In this document: positions 54,147 to 64,000 of the stretch, in pieces
How positions within the stretch are numbered: the stretch's first letter is position 1
Layout: every line of letters starts with the position of its first letter
Assembly: GCA_009859145.1 (NCBI GenBank)
Contig: VRVR01000010.1
Location: 223,330 to 287,329 of the forward strand
Direction of reading: 5' to 3'
Length of the DNA stretch: 64,000 bases
From: Andalucia godoyi And28
Taxonomy: Eukaryota; Protista; Jakobida
The notes under the pieces: generated by a model
What the model was told of the DNA's origin: nothing
Databases searched by the model: none
Seen by the model: only the letters and a program-made list of their open reading frames with translations
Made by a program: the position numbers and the translations under genes

Positions 54147-54236
54147 CCCCTGACATGGATGAACAAGAAGAAAAGATGGAAAGAAGATGGACGGACAAAA
54201 GAAAGAAATGCCAAAGAAAAAGGCGAAAAAACGCGG

Positions 54237-54264
54237 CTGACCACTGACCACTGACCACTGACCA
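54237..54264. repeat. (CTGACCA)4 heptamer tandem repeat
   Basis: Four perfect 7-nt units. Confidence 0.85.
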
Positions 54265-54568
54265 CACTGACACAAAGCCAGTCAATGACCATGAAAGCAA
54301 AAAACGCAGGATTGAGGCAGCAGAATGCACATTTGATGCCAGCCCCAGCAAAGCCGACCCATAGCAGTCTGGGTTCTGTCGGCGGAGGTTTCTGCTGAGA
54401 GAGAGTGACAAGCGAGGAGTGTGACTAAGCAGACACTTGGAAACGATTTCTGACAGTTGCTTTCTTGCCTCTCCGCCTTTCAGCGTGCCAGTGATTCCAG
54501 CTCCAGTAAAGCGCAGCTATCCGTGACCAACACAGATCAAGGAGGAGATCGAGAGGAATTTGCGGTGA

Positions 54569-55546
54569 ATGACGAATACCAGCAACTATCACTTTTCTGT
54601 ACCGCTAATTGGTAAGATTTTTCTGACGGTCATTCTACTAGAGTGCTTTGTCGTTTGCGGGACCACGATTGCTGTTCTTGCGTCGACTCCTTCCCATGCG
54701 TCCACATATTATTGCATTCTTGTGCTTCTGACAATCATCTTTCTCGGATATTTTGGCATTGATGCGGTTGTTCAAGAGAATTCGTACCAGCTTGTCGCCT
54801 TCTTGCTGACCACCGTGCTTCTGACGTCCCGAGTCGTGTACAGTTACGTGTTTGCACGGTCGGATTCCAACAACAAGAACCTGACGGAAGTAGACCAGTC
54901 CTTGGTGTTTGCAGCGATGATCGTTGCATGTGTCTGCCAAGTCCTCTACATTCCAATTGGATACAAAGTCTACCAGTCATTTGGGTGGAAAACGTTCAAA
55001 AGAGTCGGCGCGTCGTCCGGAATCATTTCCATGTTCAAAGCATACCAGATCTTCCTTTCCATCATCAAAGTGGACATTCAGTTCTGCATTGTTGTTACCC
55101 TGATGGCTGGTTTTTTCCTTGATTATCACTGGGCATTCGGGGTTATCGTTTCCGGATTGTTCGTAACTCTCGTATTTTCGTACGTTGTCATTGACTTTGG
55201 CATCAAGCAAGAACGCAGCGGAATCGTATTGGCATATCTGCTGTTCTCTTTATTTGCTCCTGCGTACATTGTGTACAAGCTCATCATGATCTATGAGGAT
55301 GAAGATCTCATCAAGAATGTTGACAATGGCGACTCGAAAGACACGACTAGGTATCTGCTAACGATCAGTGCTGTTTGTGCCTTGATTTGTCGTATTGGAT
55401 GCATGTCGACTTGCATTTTCTGCTACACAAACTTTGGCAAGTCGCTGAAAGAGATCGTCTTTGATAAGGAACATTCGCTCATTGAAAAGCTGATTCACCA
55501 TTCTCCAGAGCATAGCGCTTTACAACCTCAAGGTTCCACGATTTGA
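54569..55546 (+). CDS. Multi-pass membrane protein, UPF0658-like
   Basis: About 7-8 TM helices; ENSYQLVAF, FGW..FKRVGA, and YQIFLSIIKVD resemble the UPF0658 pattern. Confidence 0.55.
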   Translation: MTNTSNYHFSVPLIGKIFLTVILLECFVVCGTTIAVLASTPSHASTYYCILVLLTIIFLGYFGIDAVVQENSYQLVAFLLTTVLLTSRVVYSYVFARSDSNNKNLTEVDQSLVFAAMIVACVCQVLYIPIGYKVYQSFGWKTFKRVGASSGIISMFKAYQIFLSIIKVDIQFCIVVTLMAGFFLDYHWAFGVIVSGLFVTLVFSYVVIDFGIKQERSGIVLAYLLFSLFAPAYIVYKLIMIYEDEDLIKNVDNGDSKDTTRYLLTISAVCALICRIGCMSTCIFCYTNFGKSLKEIVFDKEHSLIEKLIHHSPEHSALQPQGSTI

Positions 55547-55904
55547 AGAAGAAGGGGGGAGGAAGCCTCGTTCGGGCTTTCCTGGGTTCGCTTCTTTTTT
55601 TATTATTATTTTGTAGCAGACTAACTAGTCTTTTTTAGATTAGTGTCTCCTCATGTTTTGCATGTCGTTGCGACTTGTAAGTATCTGGTGTTTCCTGCTG
55701 CCTGTGAGGAACTGCAGAGTGCCCATACTCCTTCGAGTGTCGTCCAGAATGCCGGAGATCCCATTCAGTGAGCATCCTGTGTGTTTCTCTTATCATGATT
55801 TATGTAATCAAAATAAAATAATAGAGCTGGTTTTTCTCCTTGTTTGCTGCTGCTGCTGCTGCTGTTGTTGTTGTTGAAAGTACATAACGCACCGTCCAGT
55901 GTCG

Positions 55905-58076
55905 TCATTTTCGGACCACCACAAGTTTCGAAAGCGACTTTTTCGATGTTAGAGAAGAGGAGGACTTTTTCGCAAGCAGTGGCTTGGCAGGACTTCTTTT
56001 CATGTCTTTTGCGCTTGCACTTCTCTCGGGAGTAGGGGTCTTTTTCTTCTTCAGAAGCTTGGATGGCGAACTCATGATTCTCTCAGATACAGTCCGTGTC
56101 AAGCGCATACCGAGGTCGTCGCAATAGTCATCCCACTCTTTCAGAACCATTCGTTCAATGTTGTTTTCCGACGCGGGTGACTGTGCAGTGAAAGGCTTCG
56201 GAGGTAGAACGGCGGACACGTCCAGGACGGCAGCAGCTGGTGATCTTGATCGAACAGGTGTGATATCTCGGGACGACGGTCGTGAAGGAATCTTGCTCGT
56301 CGACACCGCGGAACCAGAAGATCTCGGCCGCAGAGACGTCGGCGAACTGCAGTGCACCTGCGGGCCAGGCTGTCCAGCGACGGGCGGCAGTGCATTCGTT
56401 AGCGAATCGATAACCTTTTGAGCCTGCTTTTCAGCAGCGCGTCCAAGAACATCCTTCATTCTCTTTGTCCATTTAAAAGCATTCTTCCACCGCTCGAAAG
56501 CAACGATCTTGACGTGACGGATGTGATCTCGTTCCAACATGGCAATCCGCCTCTTTCGCAGCCGGGATGCTCTCCTCCAACGCAAAAACAGCTGCGAAAC
56601 ATGTTTCTTGTCAGCTGTTCTCCAAAACTGTTTGATGTTCTCAGTGTCCTCTTCTTTTTGCATTGCAATCCCTATTCTCAAGAAGTTGAATCCTTTGCGT
56701 TCAATGCGGAGCCTATCCATGCGAACCGCACTGGATGCCATCGTCCATGTACGCAACGCGACAGAGAGGATGCTGCGCATTCGCCGAGCATAGAACCTCT
56801 TCACAGAAGTCTGTGTTTCCGCAGAAAACTTTCTCTTTGCTCGAATTCCTACTAGTTCTGCTGCATACTTGGATCGCGCCACCGTCAGCGCATCCTCGAA
56901 AGCCACTGTTGTTGCAGCCTTTCGTTGCGGAGCAGAAGCACCCGCCACCAACAACTTTTTGAGACCATTGTTTTCAGCGACTACTGAAGACAGAACCTGC
57001 GACTTTTCTCGAAGAAGAGTTCCCAGCCCAGCATCCACCACACCCGATTGGCGAGCGAGCCGCAGAAACACCCGAGAACTCTCCCACTTACGAACGTAAT
57101 CTGAAAGAACAAGCTCAATGCGCTTGCCGTATTCCGTGATTTCAAGAAAAACTTCCCGGATGGCGTCTGATCGTATCGAAGCTCGCGACTCGGCCGTTGC
57201 TGCCGAGAACGACGATTCAAGAGTCTTGTGAAGAACGGCGAAGGCAGGGAAAAAGAAGTGCGCAGAGGGGTGCTTGGCCGAGAAGTCCGCGTCGGAGCCC
57301 TTGAACTCGTCAAAGAAGAATACGGAATTTGGAAACGAGTCAATGACGGATGTCAGCTCTTTTGGATTCAGAGCACAGTCTCGCTTCGATTCAAAGTACT
57401 GTATGGACGTACGGAGATGGGACAGTGGCAACTGTGCAAGAAACGGAAACACATGCTCGACGCTCACAATTGACCCATCCGCTGCAACACCGCTGGTCGG
57501 AATACGTGATGATTTTCGAATGTGACTGACCAGCGCATCGGGGACTTCACACACGACTCCCCTTGCGAGCATTTCATGATGCAGATCAGCGGTCCTGAGC
57601 AAGTGTTTGAGCATCCACACGTCCCATTTCCTCCTAAACAAGAAGGGCAGCACACACCCCGAGACGATCTTGTCGTGTTGCGAATCGCATCTTTCCTGCT
57701 CCGTAACGCCCTTGTTGTCGAGCATTTTAAGATTTGGAAGCAGAATAATGACCGATTGCCGATAATCAGGAACGACATCAACTGGATTTCCTTCCAGCGT
57801 AAGCGTCTCGACCGACTCCGGAATATGCCGCAGCTCATCAAGAGACAGGATTCGGTTATTTGCCAAAGACAGCTTATTCAGAAACCGGAATTGCCGCAGT
57901 CCATCCAAATGCACAATCTCATTCGACGCTAGCAACAGCGTCCGAACAGTCGATTTCCATAATTGCGGAACCGACCCAATCGATCGAATCCTGCTGAATG
58001 GCAAAGACACGCGCTCTTCAGCCGTCGGCCGCTTGTTGCTACTACTACTGCTCAGCAACTCCCCCAAGTCACTCAT
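55905..58076 (-). CDS. LRR (SDS22-like, with LRR cap) plus coiled-coil plus Sfi1-like repeat protein, probably centriolar
   Basis: LLLASNEI..LDGL..L.KLSLANNRI..L..LTLEGNPV....DYR..VI..LP.L..LD at the N-terminus; W-repeats (LRTWT, FLRWRR, FERWK); S/K-rich tail. Confidence 0.8.
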   Translation of the reverse strand: MSDLGELLSSSSSNKRPTAEERVSLPFSRIRSIGSVPQLWKSTVRTLLLASNEIVHLDGLRQFRFLNKLSLANNRILSLDELRHIPESVETLTLEGNPVDVVPDYRQSVIILLPNLKMLDNKGVTEQERCDSQHDKIVSGCVLPFLFRRKWDVWMLKHLLRTADLHHEMLARGVVCEVPDALVSHIRKSSRIPTSGVAADGSIVSVEHVFPFLAQLPLSHLRTSIQYFESKRDCALNPKELTSVIDSFPNSVFFFDEFKGSDADFSAKHPSAHFFFPAFAVLHKTLESSFSAATAESRASIRSDAIREVFLEITEYGKRIELVLSDYVRKWESSRVFLRLARQSGVVDAGLGTLLREKSQVLSSVVAENNGLKKLLVAGASAPQRKAATTVAFEDALTVARSKYAAELVGIRAKRKFSAETQTSVKRFYARRMRSILSVALRTWTMASSAVRMDRLRIERKGFNFLRIGIAMQKEEDTENIKQFWRTADKKHVSQLFLRWRRASRLRKRRIAMLERDHIRHVKIVAFERWKNAFKWTKRMKDVLGRAAEKQAQKVIDSLTNALPPVAGQPGPQVHCSSPTSLRPRSSGSAVSTSKIPSRPSSRDITPVRSRSPAAAVLDVSAVLPPKPFTAQSPASENNIERMVLKEWDDYCDDLGMRLTRTVSERIMSSPSKLLKKKKTPTPERSASAKDMKRSPAKPLLAKKSSSSLTSKKSLSKLVVVRK

Positions 58077-58080
58077 CCTC

Positions 58081-58208
58081 GTCCGTCCGTCCGTTCGTTT
58101 GTTCGTTTGTTCGTCCGTTCGTTTGTTCGTTTGTTCGTTTGTTCGTCCGTTCGTTTGTTCGTTTGTTCGTTTGTTCGTCCGTTCGTTTGTTCGTTTGTTC
58201 GTTTGTTC
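58081..58208. repeat. Compound tetranucleotide array (GTCC/GTTC/GTTT)32
   Basis: 128 nt built only from GTCC, GTTC and GTTT units with higher-order GTCC spacing; abuts the LRR gene start codon. Confidence 0.92.
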
Positions 58209-58594
58209 TTACTAGTTGCTACCCACCCAGAGCATCTGTATTCTCGCTTGTCAGTCATTGTGGTCGCAGCTGTCGTGGTTCTCCTCCTTTCGCGGGAGGG
58301 GAATGACTCAACTCAACGGTCGCTTGAGGCGCGTACTTTCAAAAAAATCCCCGACCCGCTCACAAGTCTCAAGTCTCAACCGGCTTTCACGCAAGCCGCC
58401 CGAGTCGCGCATTGATGAACGAGGATTGGGTGATTTAATGATTTTGTCAAAAAGGAAATCGATTGATCATCACTACAGTCAGATTCGTTTTTTTCTTTCT
58501 TGTCAGTGTGTGTGTGTTTCTTCTTGGTGTATGCGTGTGATTGTGGTAGAGAAGAGAAGAGAGGCCAGGGAAAAGAAAAGAGGGGGGGGGAAAA

Positions 58595-59701
58595 ATGAGT
58601 GCTGCGTTGGATGAAATTACGAACGTTTACAACGATGAAAAGCTGTATTTGGCGGAACGGAAGCTTGATGAGTATGTAGCGACGTTGGATACTGAGAGTG
58701 CGTATGCAGTTGAGAATGAGCCTATTGTGGTTCAGATTAGAAAGGAGGCAAAGACGATGAGAGCAATGTTGGCTGAGCTGTTTGACTCGGATGGCTGGAC
58801 GTTGCGCAAGGAAGACAAGACGTGCAGAGTGTATTATCGCCACGACGAAGCGACTCCAATTCACTCGATCAAAATGGAGGGAGAGATGGACTGTCACATT
58901 TTCAATGTTCTTGCTGTTGTGAATGAGCTTGATCTCTACAAGAACTGGGTTCCGTACATGAAGAGATCGTCGAGATGTGCTCAGAGTGGGCGGGCACGGC
59001 AGGTAGGAAACTTTGAAATTACGCTTCCATGGCCTGTCGCGAATCGAGAGGCTACAGTATATGGATTTGGGGCCGATTTGCTGGATGAAGCCGGGTACGT
59101 CGCAGTGCATTGTGAATCCATGCTGTCTCTTGACGGACTGGTGGTGTCTGCAGGGTACGAAGAGGACTCGCGTGATCTGCTGGAAGCGGGAAAGCTTCCG
59201 GATATCAAGAAGGGCAATGTGGCCGCCATTGTTCATCTTGGGGGAATGGTCCTCCAGCCCCTAAGCGAGTCGCGAACAATGTTTCGAATCGTTGTCAACA
59301 CGGATCCGCAGCTTGCGCTTGTCCCGTACTGGCTCATCAATTTCGTCACTCGTAACTTTGCACATTGGATATTCCACAAGATGCGGAAAACAGCGCTGCA
59401 CATTGAAGGCACAGAATATGAAAAGAGGATCAATACCAACGAGAAACTGTACGGCTTTCTGAGGAACCGACTGGACGAATTCTTCAAGAAGGCGGCGGTG
59501 GAAAACTGGCATCAACAGGACCGGAACGAAGAGCATGACAGCACCCAAATAACACCGGAAACTGAAGCAGCAGCAGAAGACGAAGAGGACTGTGAGTACG
59601 CAGATGCACTCGAAGAAGAACCGGTGATTGGCAACGAACCGGATATTGGCAACGAACCAGTAGCTATTGGAGAAGCACGTACTGACGGTGTGCCGATTTG
59701 A
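58595..59701 (+). CDS. START-domain lipid-binding protein
   Basis: DGWTL......RVYYR, KMEGEMD...NVLAVVNELDLYKNWVP, LPWPVANRE, NTDP.L..VPYWLINFV; acidic tail. Confidence 0.88.
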   Translation: MSAALDEITNVYNDEKLYLAERKLDEYVATLDTESAYAVENEPIVVQIRKEAKTMRAMLAELFDSDGWTLRKEDKTCRVYYRHDEATPIHSIKMEGEMDCHIFNVLAVVNELDLYKNWVPYMKRSSRCAQSGRARQVGNFEITLPWPVANREATVYGFGADLLDEAGYVAVHCESMLSLDGLVVSAGYEEDSRDLLEAGKLPDIKKGNVAAIVHLGGMVLQPLSESRTMFRIVVNTDPQLALVPYWLINFVTRNFAHWIFHKMRKTALHIEGTEYEKRINTNEKLYGFLRNRLDEFFKKAAVENWHQQDRNEEHDSTQITPETEAAAEDEEDCEYADALEEEPVIGNEPDIGNEPVAIGEARTDGVPI

Positions 59702-59921
59702 TCTTGCAGATCACGTCAGAGAAGAAGAGCGTTGCTTGCTTGGGGAATCGAAACAACTCGAAGAAGCATCATTCTCGAAGAAGACGGCGATCATCATCGT
59801 TGTTACGGGAAGCGAAACCATCTGTAGAGCACGCAATATGGTCTGTGCAGAGATGTTTGCCCCAGCAATCGGAAGTGATAATGAAGCGAGCGGCTGAATG
59901 AGCGGAATTGGTCATCCATGA

Positions 59922-60752
59922 CTAAGCTGGCGCTCGGGGACTTCTTGTGTCCGACAACAAGGGCCTTGTCCACGCATTGGACTCTCCTTTCCGCTTAGGA
60001 TGCCGCCATCTGTACAATGCACGAAGCAGAATGAAAACCGCCGCGGATAGAAACGTCGCTGAAGCAGCAATATAGATGGATTTGACACCAATCTTCACAG
60101 CACCCAACGCACCGAGTATTGCACCAGTGTAGAAACTCAGGATCAGCGGAATAAACACTTGCAGTTTCCAAATATTCCGCAGATCCTTGTACCACAGCAC
60201 ATGACCCAAAATCGACCCCACATCCGCGACCATGCCTGTGATGTGCGTTGATCGGACGATTGCAGACGAGAATGTGGTGAAAGACGAGTTTTGGACCGCG
60301 GCTGCGCAGGCAATGGCAAACTCGGAGATCCAAACAGAAGCCACGCTGTCAGAGTCTGAGTATTCGAGTAGCAGACCCGCCGCCATCAGCATCGCCGCTT
60401 CGAACATCAGAGCCACGCCGTACCGTCTTCGGACATGAAACGCTTGGTTTTTAATGATGATGCCACTCAACAGAGAACCGCTGAAGAAGCCCGCAAGAGC
60501 ATTGAACGGATGCCAAGAAAATCGCCCAAGAGTGATGGACGCTGCGGAGTTTGTCAAATTTCCTGTCATTGACGTAAGCCCCTGGGAAAACTGAACGACA
60601 GAAAACCCATTCAGGTAGCCGCCAATGACCGACAAACACGATCCGATCACCACCAAAGATCGTATCGATTCGGGTCTACCCGAATCGCGGGGCACAGACA
60701 TCCTCCGCTCTTGCAGAATCCCTTCATCTATGCTGAGGTGCAGAGGCTGCAT
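59922..60752 (-). CDS. DUF1275/YoaK (UPF0700) family membrane protein
   Basis: GGYLNG....TSMTGN, AAAVQN, RSTHITG...D.G, SFYTGAILGA. First ATG at 60752 (60773 is TTG). Confidence 0.85.
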   Translation of the reverse strand: MQPLHLSIDEGILQERRMSVPRDSGRPESIRSLVVIGSCLSVIGGYLNGFSVVQFSQGLTSMTGNLTNSAASITLGRFSWHPFNALAGFFSGSLLSGIIIKNQAFHVRRRYGVALMFEAAMLMAAGLLLEYSDSDSVASVWISEFAIACAAAVQNSSFTTFSSAIVRSTHITGMVADVGSILGHVLWYKDLRNIWKLQVFIPLILSFYTGAILGALGAVKIGVKSIYIAASATFLSAAVFILLRALYRWRHPKRKGESNAWTRPLLSDTRSPRAPA

Positions 60753-61246
60753 AGCGTTTGGAATGAAGCTCAAATGCAGAAAAAGAAACGGAAAAAGAAA
60801 AATTCAAAAATGGTAGTAAAAGGGGAAGGAAGAAAACAGAAACGCTCAGGCGTGCAGACGACATTTTTGTGTCCTACCACATGCGGATTCATCAGCACCA
60901 CGCGGCCCAAAGACGGTAACAGCGCTTTCAGCTTGGCTCTCCTGACTTGCATTCCAACAGGGACTGTGCGGTCAGTAACAGAAAGATCGCGCGCGAGCCG
61001 TTCGAACTATGCATTCGGACGTCCCTTTTGGAACCGTTGTCTCTCGACGCCACATTAATTACATTAGATTTATATATACATTAATAAAAACCCCGAGGAT
61101 ACAGTGCTGCTATGGAACAAGGTCTAAGGGATTTTGTATTCTACGACATTTGAATGCAATTATATATTTAGGAGACTCGCACACCATGTCCTCCTTCTTT
61201 GCAAGGACTGAAACATTGAAACATGAAAGGCAAGGAGGAAGAGGCA

Positions 61247-62397
61247 CTATTCCTTTTCGTGGAGCTTGTCGCTCAGATCATGCCAGTAGACCGACGACTC
61301 TTCTCCGCCTGAGCCGCGAAACCCCTTTTTCCGTCGTCCGCCACGCATTCGCTGCACCATTGCAGTCATATCATGAAACGCATAGTGATGCGTCTCTCGC
61401 TCTGATCTTGCGCGTCCTCGGTGCGGAGTCGGCACGCCCACTTGTTGCACGCTCGAGCCTGCAAACGACGAAGTCGAAGGACTTGACTTACCCGACAGCT
61501 GTGGCTCGATGTCCATGTTCCGTGGACTCGGCAGCAGTCTGTTGTTTGGCTGTCGATGCACAGACGCCGACGCCGACGACGTCGGAGAAGACGGACTCGC
61601 ATACATTAGGGGGCTGGAATATCGTTGTAATGGTGTAGGTGGAGTAACGTCAATCATAGGCAAGCCAGTCCGATCGCGGAATTCAGACGTCCTTGCAGGG
61701 AAGGTCTGCTGCTGCTGCTGTTGTTGTTGAAGGAGTGGATCGGCCACGGCACTAAACGGAAGAAAAGGGGCATCACTGTGTCGACGCGGGCTACTTGGTT
61801 TCGCAAAGTTATGGTAGGCGGGGGCTGGGGTTCTAAAGGGAAATGCAATACCAGGAGGCACATGATGGGAGAGATAAGCAGCTGACGGGGGCAGATGCGA
61901 AGGAACGGACATGCTTCGATCGGTCCGAGAAAGAGGATTGTACGACAAAGATGATGACGACGACGGCCCGCCGTACTGGACGTTCGGCAGCGATCCCGAG
62001 TGGTGATATGAACGAAAAACAGTGCTGGAAGAGTTGGTGTAGTCTATGGAGCCTAATCGCGACGAGAGGGCAGTGGATGTGGAATCCGAAGGCGGGATCC
62101 CCGCGAAGCCGATCCGGGGGGACCTGTTATCGGGAGAGAACGGCACAAAGGGAGACAGAGGGAGCGGGACACTTGCATTCGATGGGCACTGCAGAGACGC
62201 CAAGTACCTTTCGTCCGACAGCTTCCATTCATACTTGGAGGTGGGGACTTGCAGGCTTGAGGGAGCAGGAAGTATGAGAGATGGGTAGGCAGTGTGGACC
62301 GGAGCGAGAGCTGGATCGAGTGGTCGGTTCGCCTTGATCGCCATTTGCATGTCATTGCTGTTATCAGTACTGCTCCTTCTGCTACTCATACTACTAT

Positions 62398-62456
<59 letters not shown>

Positions 62457-62608
62457 TTGTTACTGCTACTGCTACTGTTACTGCTGTTAATATTGCAACC
62501 ATTTGTGTTGGAGGCGACATCGCTGACGATGCGCTCTTCGTCGTCAACGCTATCTTGGCGAGACCTCTTTCTCGACTTGTACAAATCGGGATCCATATAT
62601 TGATGCAT
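61247..62608 (-). CDS. Hypothetical S/P/Q-rich disordered protein with basic NLS-like motifs
   Basis: Long ORF with likely start MHQYMDP; SRKRSR and GGRRKK motifs, poly-Ser from a triplet expansion (~62390-62480) and poly-Gln. Confidence 0.65.
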
Positions 62609-62902
62609 CTTCGCTGCCGACAGTGAACAAGAAAATGGATACAGGACGGGAAAATATTCTGGAAAAAATTTCGTTTGCCATCGAACCGAGTCAGAAAGAG
62701 AAGAAGCAGCTGTCCTTTTTGTTTTTGGACGGGGTTTTCCCCCTTCGTTTCCTGGTCGAGAATAGGGGGGGTTTCTATTCTTGTGCTCTTGCAGTCCCAG
62801 TTCCAATGGACTTCAGCCGGATGACACCTTAAACTTCCGGTTCCCGATGCCAGTTTCGGAAGGAAGCTGACGACCGATGCGAGCGAACGTCAATGCGTAT
62901 GC

Positions 62903-63562
62903 ATGCAAAGTGTTTATGTCCAGTCGCATGCCTGTGCCAAATGCGGACGGCTCCAGCGAGATGCCTTTTTGTGCCAGGAAGCTTCCAGAACGGTCCCCTG
63001 CAATACTCTCCTTCGCGCTGAGCTCACCTCTCCACCTCACATACCTGCTTCAAGTCCCGGCGCTCTTCGCGTCCATGCAGAATGCGCGCTTATGTCCTCC
63101 TGTCGACCTTCATTTGGACGCTTTACTCAAGTCGGTACTTGCAGCCTTTTCTCTAAACATGGAGATGGGAATGCGGATCTGATCAGACAGAGCCAAAATG
63201 TTGTATGGGTGGGGGGGAGTGGTCCGTTGTCACGTCACAATGTCGCACCGAAATCCGTTTGGTGCTGGCTTCCCCCGGTCGACCACCTTCCCCGAAACAC
63301 TTTTCCACGTCTCCTTCGCTGCATTTTCGTCGTTGTTGGAAGAATTGCTTGCATTCAATCGGGGACTTCTTTTATTGTCTGCTGTGACTTGGGACTGACG
63401 AACCGTCCGCTTCGATTTTCCGTGGAGTACCATTCTTGGGATGGTGCTGATTTCTGTTCCCTGAGGGGCTCTTCATGCACAGAGCAGAGAAACCATTTCC
63501 GAAGAAACGCAAGACGTTTCGGGGAGGATCGAGTAACCAAAAAAAGAAAGAAAGAAAGCTGA
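62903..63562 (+). CDS. Uncertain Cys-rich ORF (219 aa)
   Basis: ATG-started ORF whose in-register antisense frame (62813-63433) has only TGA stops, i.e. no TTA/CTA codons there, which is weakly consistent with coding. No domain recognised. Confidence 0.2.
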   Translation: MQSVYVQSHACAKCGRLQRDAFLCQEASRTVPCNTLLRAELTSPPHIPASSPGALRVHAECALMSSCRPSFGRFTQVGTCSLFSKHGDGNADLIRQSQNVVWVGGSGPLSRHNVAPKSVWCWLPPVDHLPRNTFPRLLRCIFVVVGRIACIQSGTSFIVCCDLGLTNRPLRFSVEYHSWDGADFCSLRGSSCTEQRNHFRRNARRFGEDRVTKKRKKES

Positions 63563-63752
63563 CGGAAAAACAAGAAACACACAACGTGCGATACATGCAT
63601 TGAGCTCCGGCGTGTCCGATTTCCGGAAAACCGAATGGTTCAAAAGGAGAGTTGGACAATCAGGGGGGTAACTCCGCCCGGTAGAGGCAACAGGTACGCC
63701 GGGGACTGGCTTTGCTGCTTGCATGCCTGAATTGCCGGAAACATGATTCTGC

Positions 63753-64000
63753 TCATGCGTCGTCTTCCAGATGGCAGTCTTCCGGAGTTCGTAGCAGGAA
63801 AAGATGCTGGAAGAAGAGGATCGCACCGTGTTGATGCAAGTCCGCGACGGCAGCCGTACGCTCGCTCTCCGGCATTTTGCAGACACGAGGCAAAACAGAG
63901 TCGAACAAATGCCGAACGAACTCCTCGCGCATGCGCACGCGCTCTTCCTCGGGGGCATCGAATGGATCGCACAAAGCAGCAAACCCGGAATGTGTGGACG
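63753..64000 (-). CDS. 3' end of a gene starting beyond the window
   Basis: Frame is open from the right edge (...STHSGFAALCDPFDAPEEERVRMREEFVRHLFDSVLPRVC...EDDA*) with helical, natural composition. Confidence 0.55.
   Translation of the reverse strand, partial: STHSGFAALCDPFDAPEEERVRMREEFVRHLFDSVLPRVCKMPESERTAAVADLHQHGAILFFQHLFLLRTPEDCHLEDDA

Noticed and set aside
58081-58208. Regular repeat array as a possible CRISPR
   Set aside because: No unique spacers, only 4-nt units, eukaryotic context, and no cas genes.
62813-63433. Minus-strand frame interrupted only by TGA (selenoprotein or UGA recoding?)
   Set aside because: It is the exact antisense register of the plus ORF 62903-63562, so the TGAs simply mirror TCA codons. 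No UxxC context or SECIS was identified, and TGA ends real genes here.
1-64000. Prokaryotic or viral origin of the whole window (suggested by minE, DUF952, YoaK, secretin-like and fibre genes)
   Set aside because: Spliceosomal introns, eukaryote-specific genes (VPS8, clathrin light chain, twinfilin, BET, SLC25), microsatellite-rich spacers, and no operons or Shine-Dalgarno pattern show it is nuclear DNA.

Overview
Eukaryotic nuclear DNA from a gene-dense, intron-poor flagellated protist using the standard genetic code. There are about 35 genes on both strands, many microsatellites in the spacers, and a few short spliceosomal introns, all at extreme 5' ends. Housekeeping genes recognised from motifs: DOHH, BORCS6/BLOS3-like, TMEM43, VPS8, TRM82/WDR4, NPEPL1-type M17 aminopeptidase, a mitochondrial carrier, a BET bromodomain protein, twinfilin, a DHX33-like DEAH helicase, an AAA ATPase, NmrA-like, clathrin light chain, a cytosolic carboxypeptidase (tubulin deglutamylase), Sfi1-like repeat proteins and a START protein. 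Three items stand out. (1) A >1100-aa intronless protein, cut by the window edge, built like a phage/giant-virus tail fibre, with a 10-Cys insert near its tip. (2) A nuclear-encoded bacterial division factor MinE. (3) A small stand-alone protein resembling the C-terminal part of a bacterial secretin (GspD). MinE plus a secretin-like gene suggest a lineage with bacteria-like mitochondria (jakobid/discoban-like; inference only). No rRNA, tRNA, CRISPR array or intact mobile element could be supported. All family calls come from motif recognition by eye, not from database searches.
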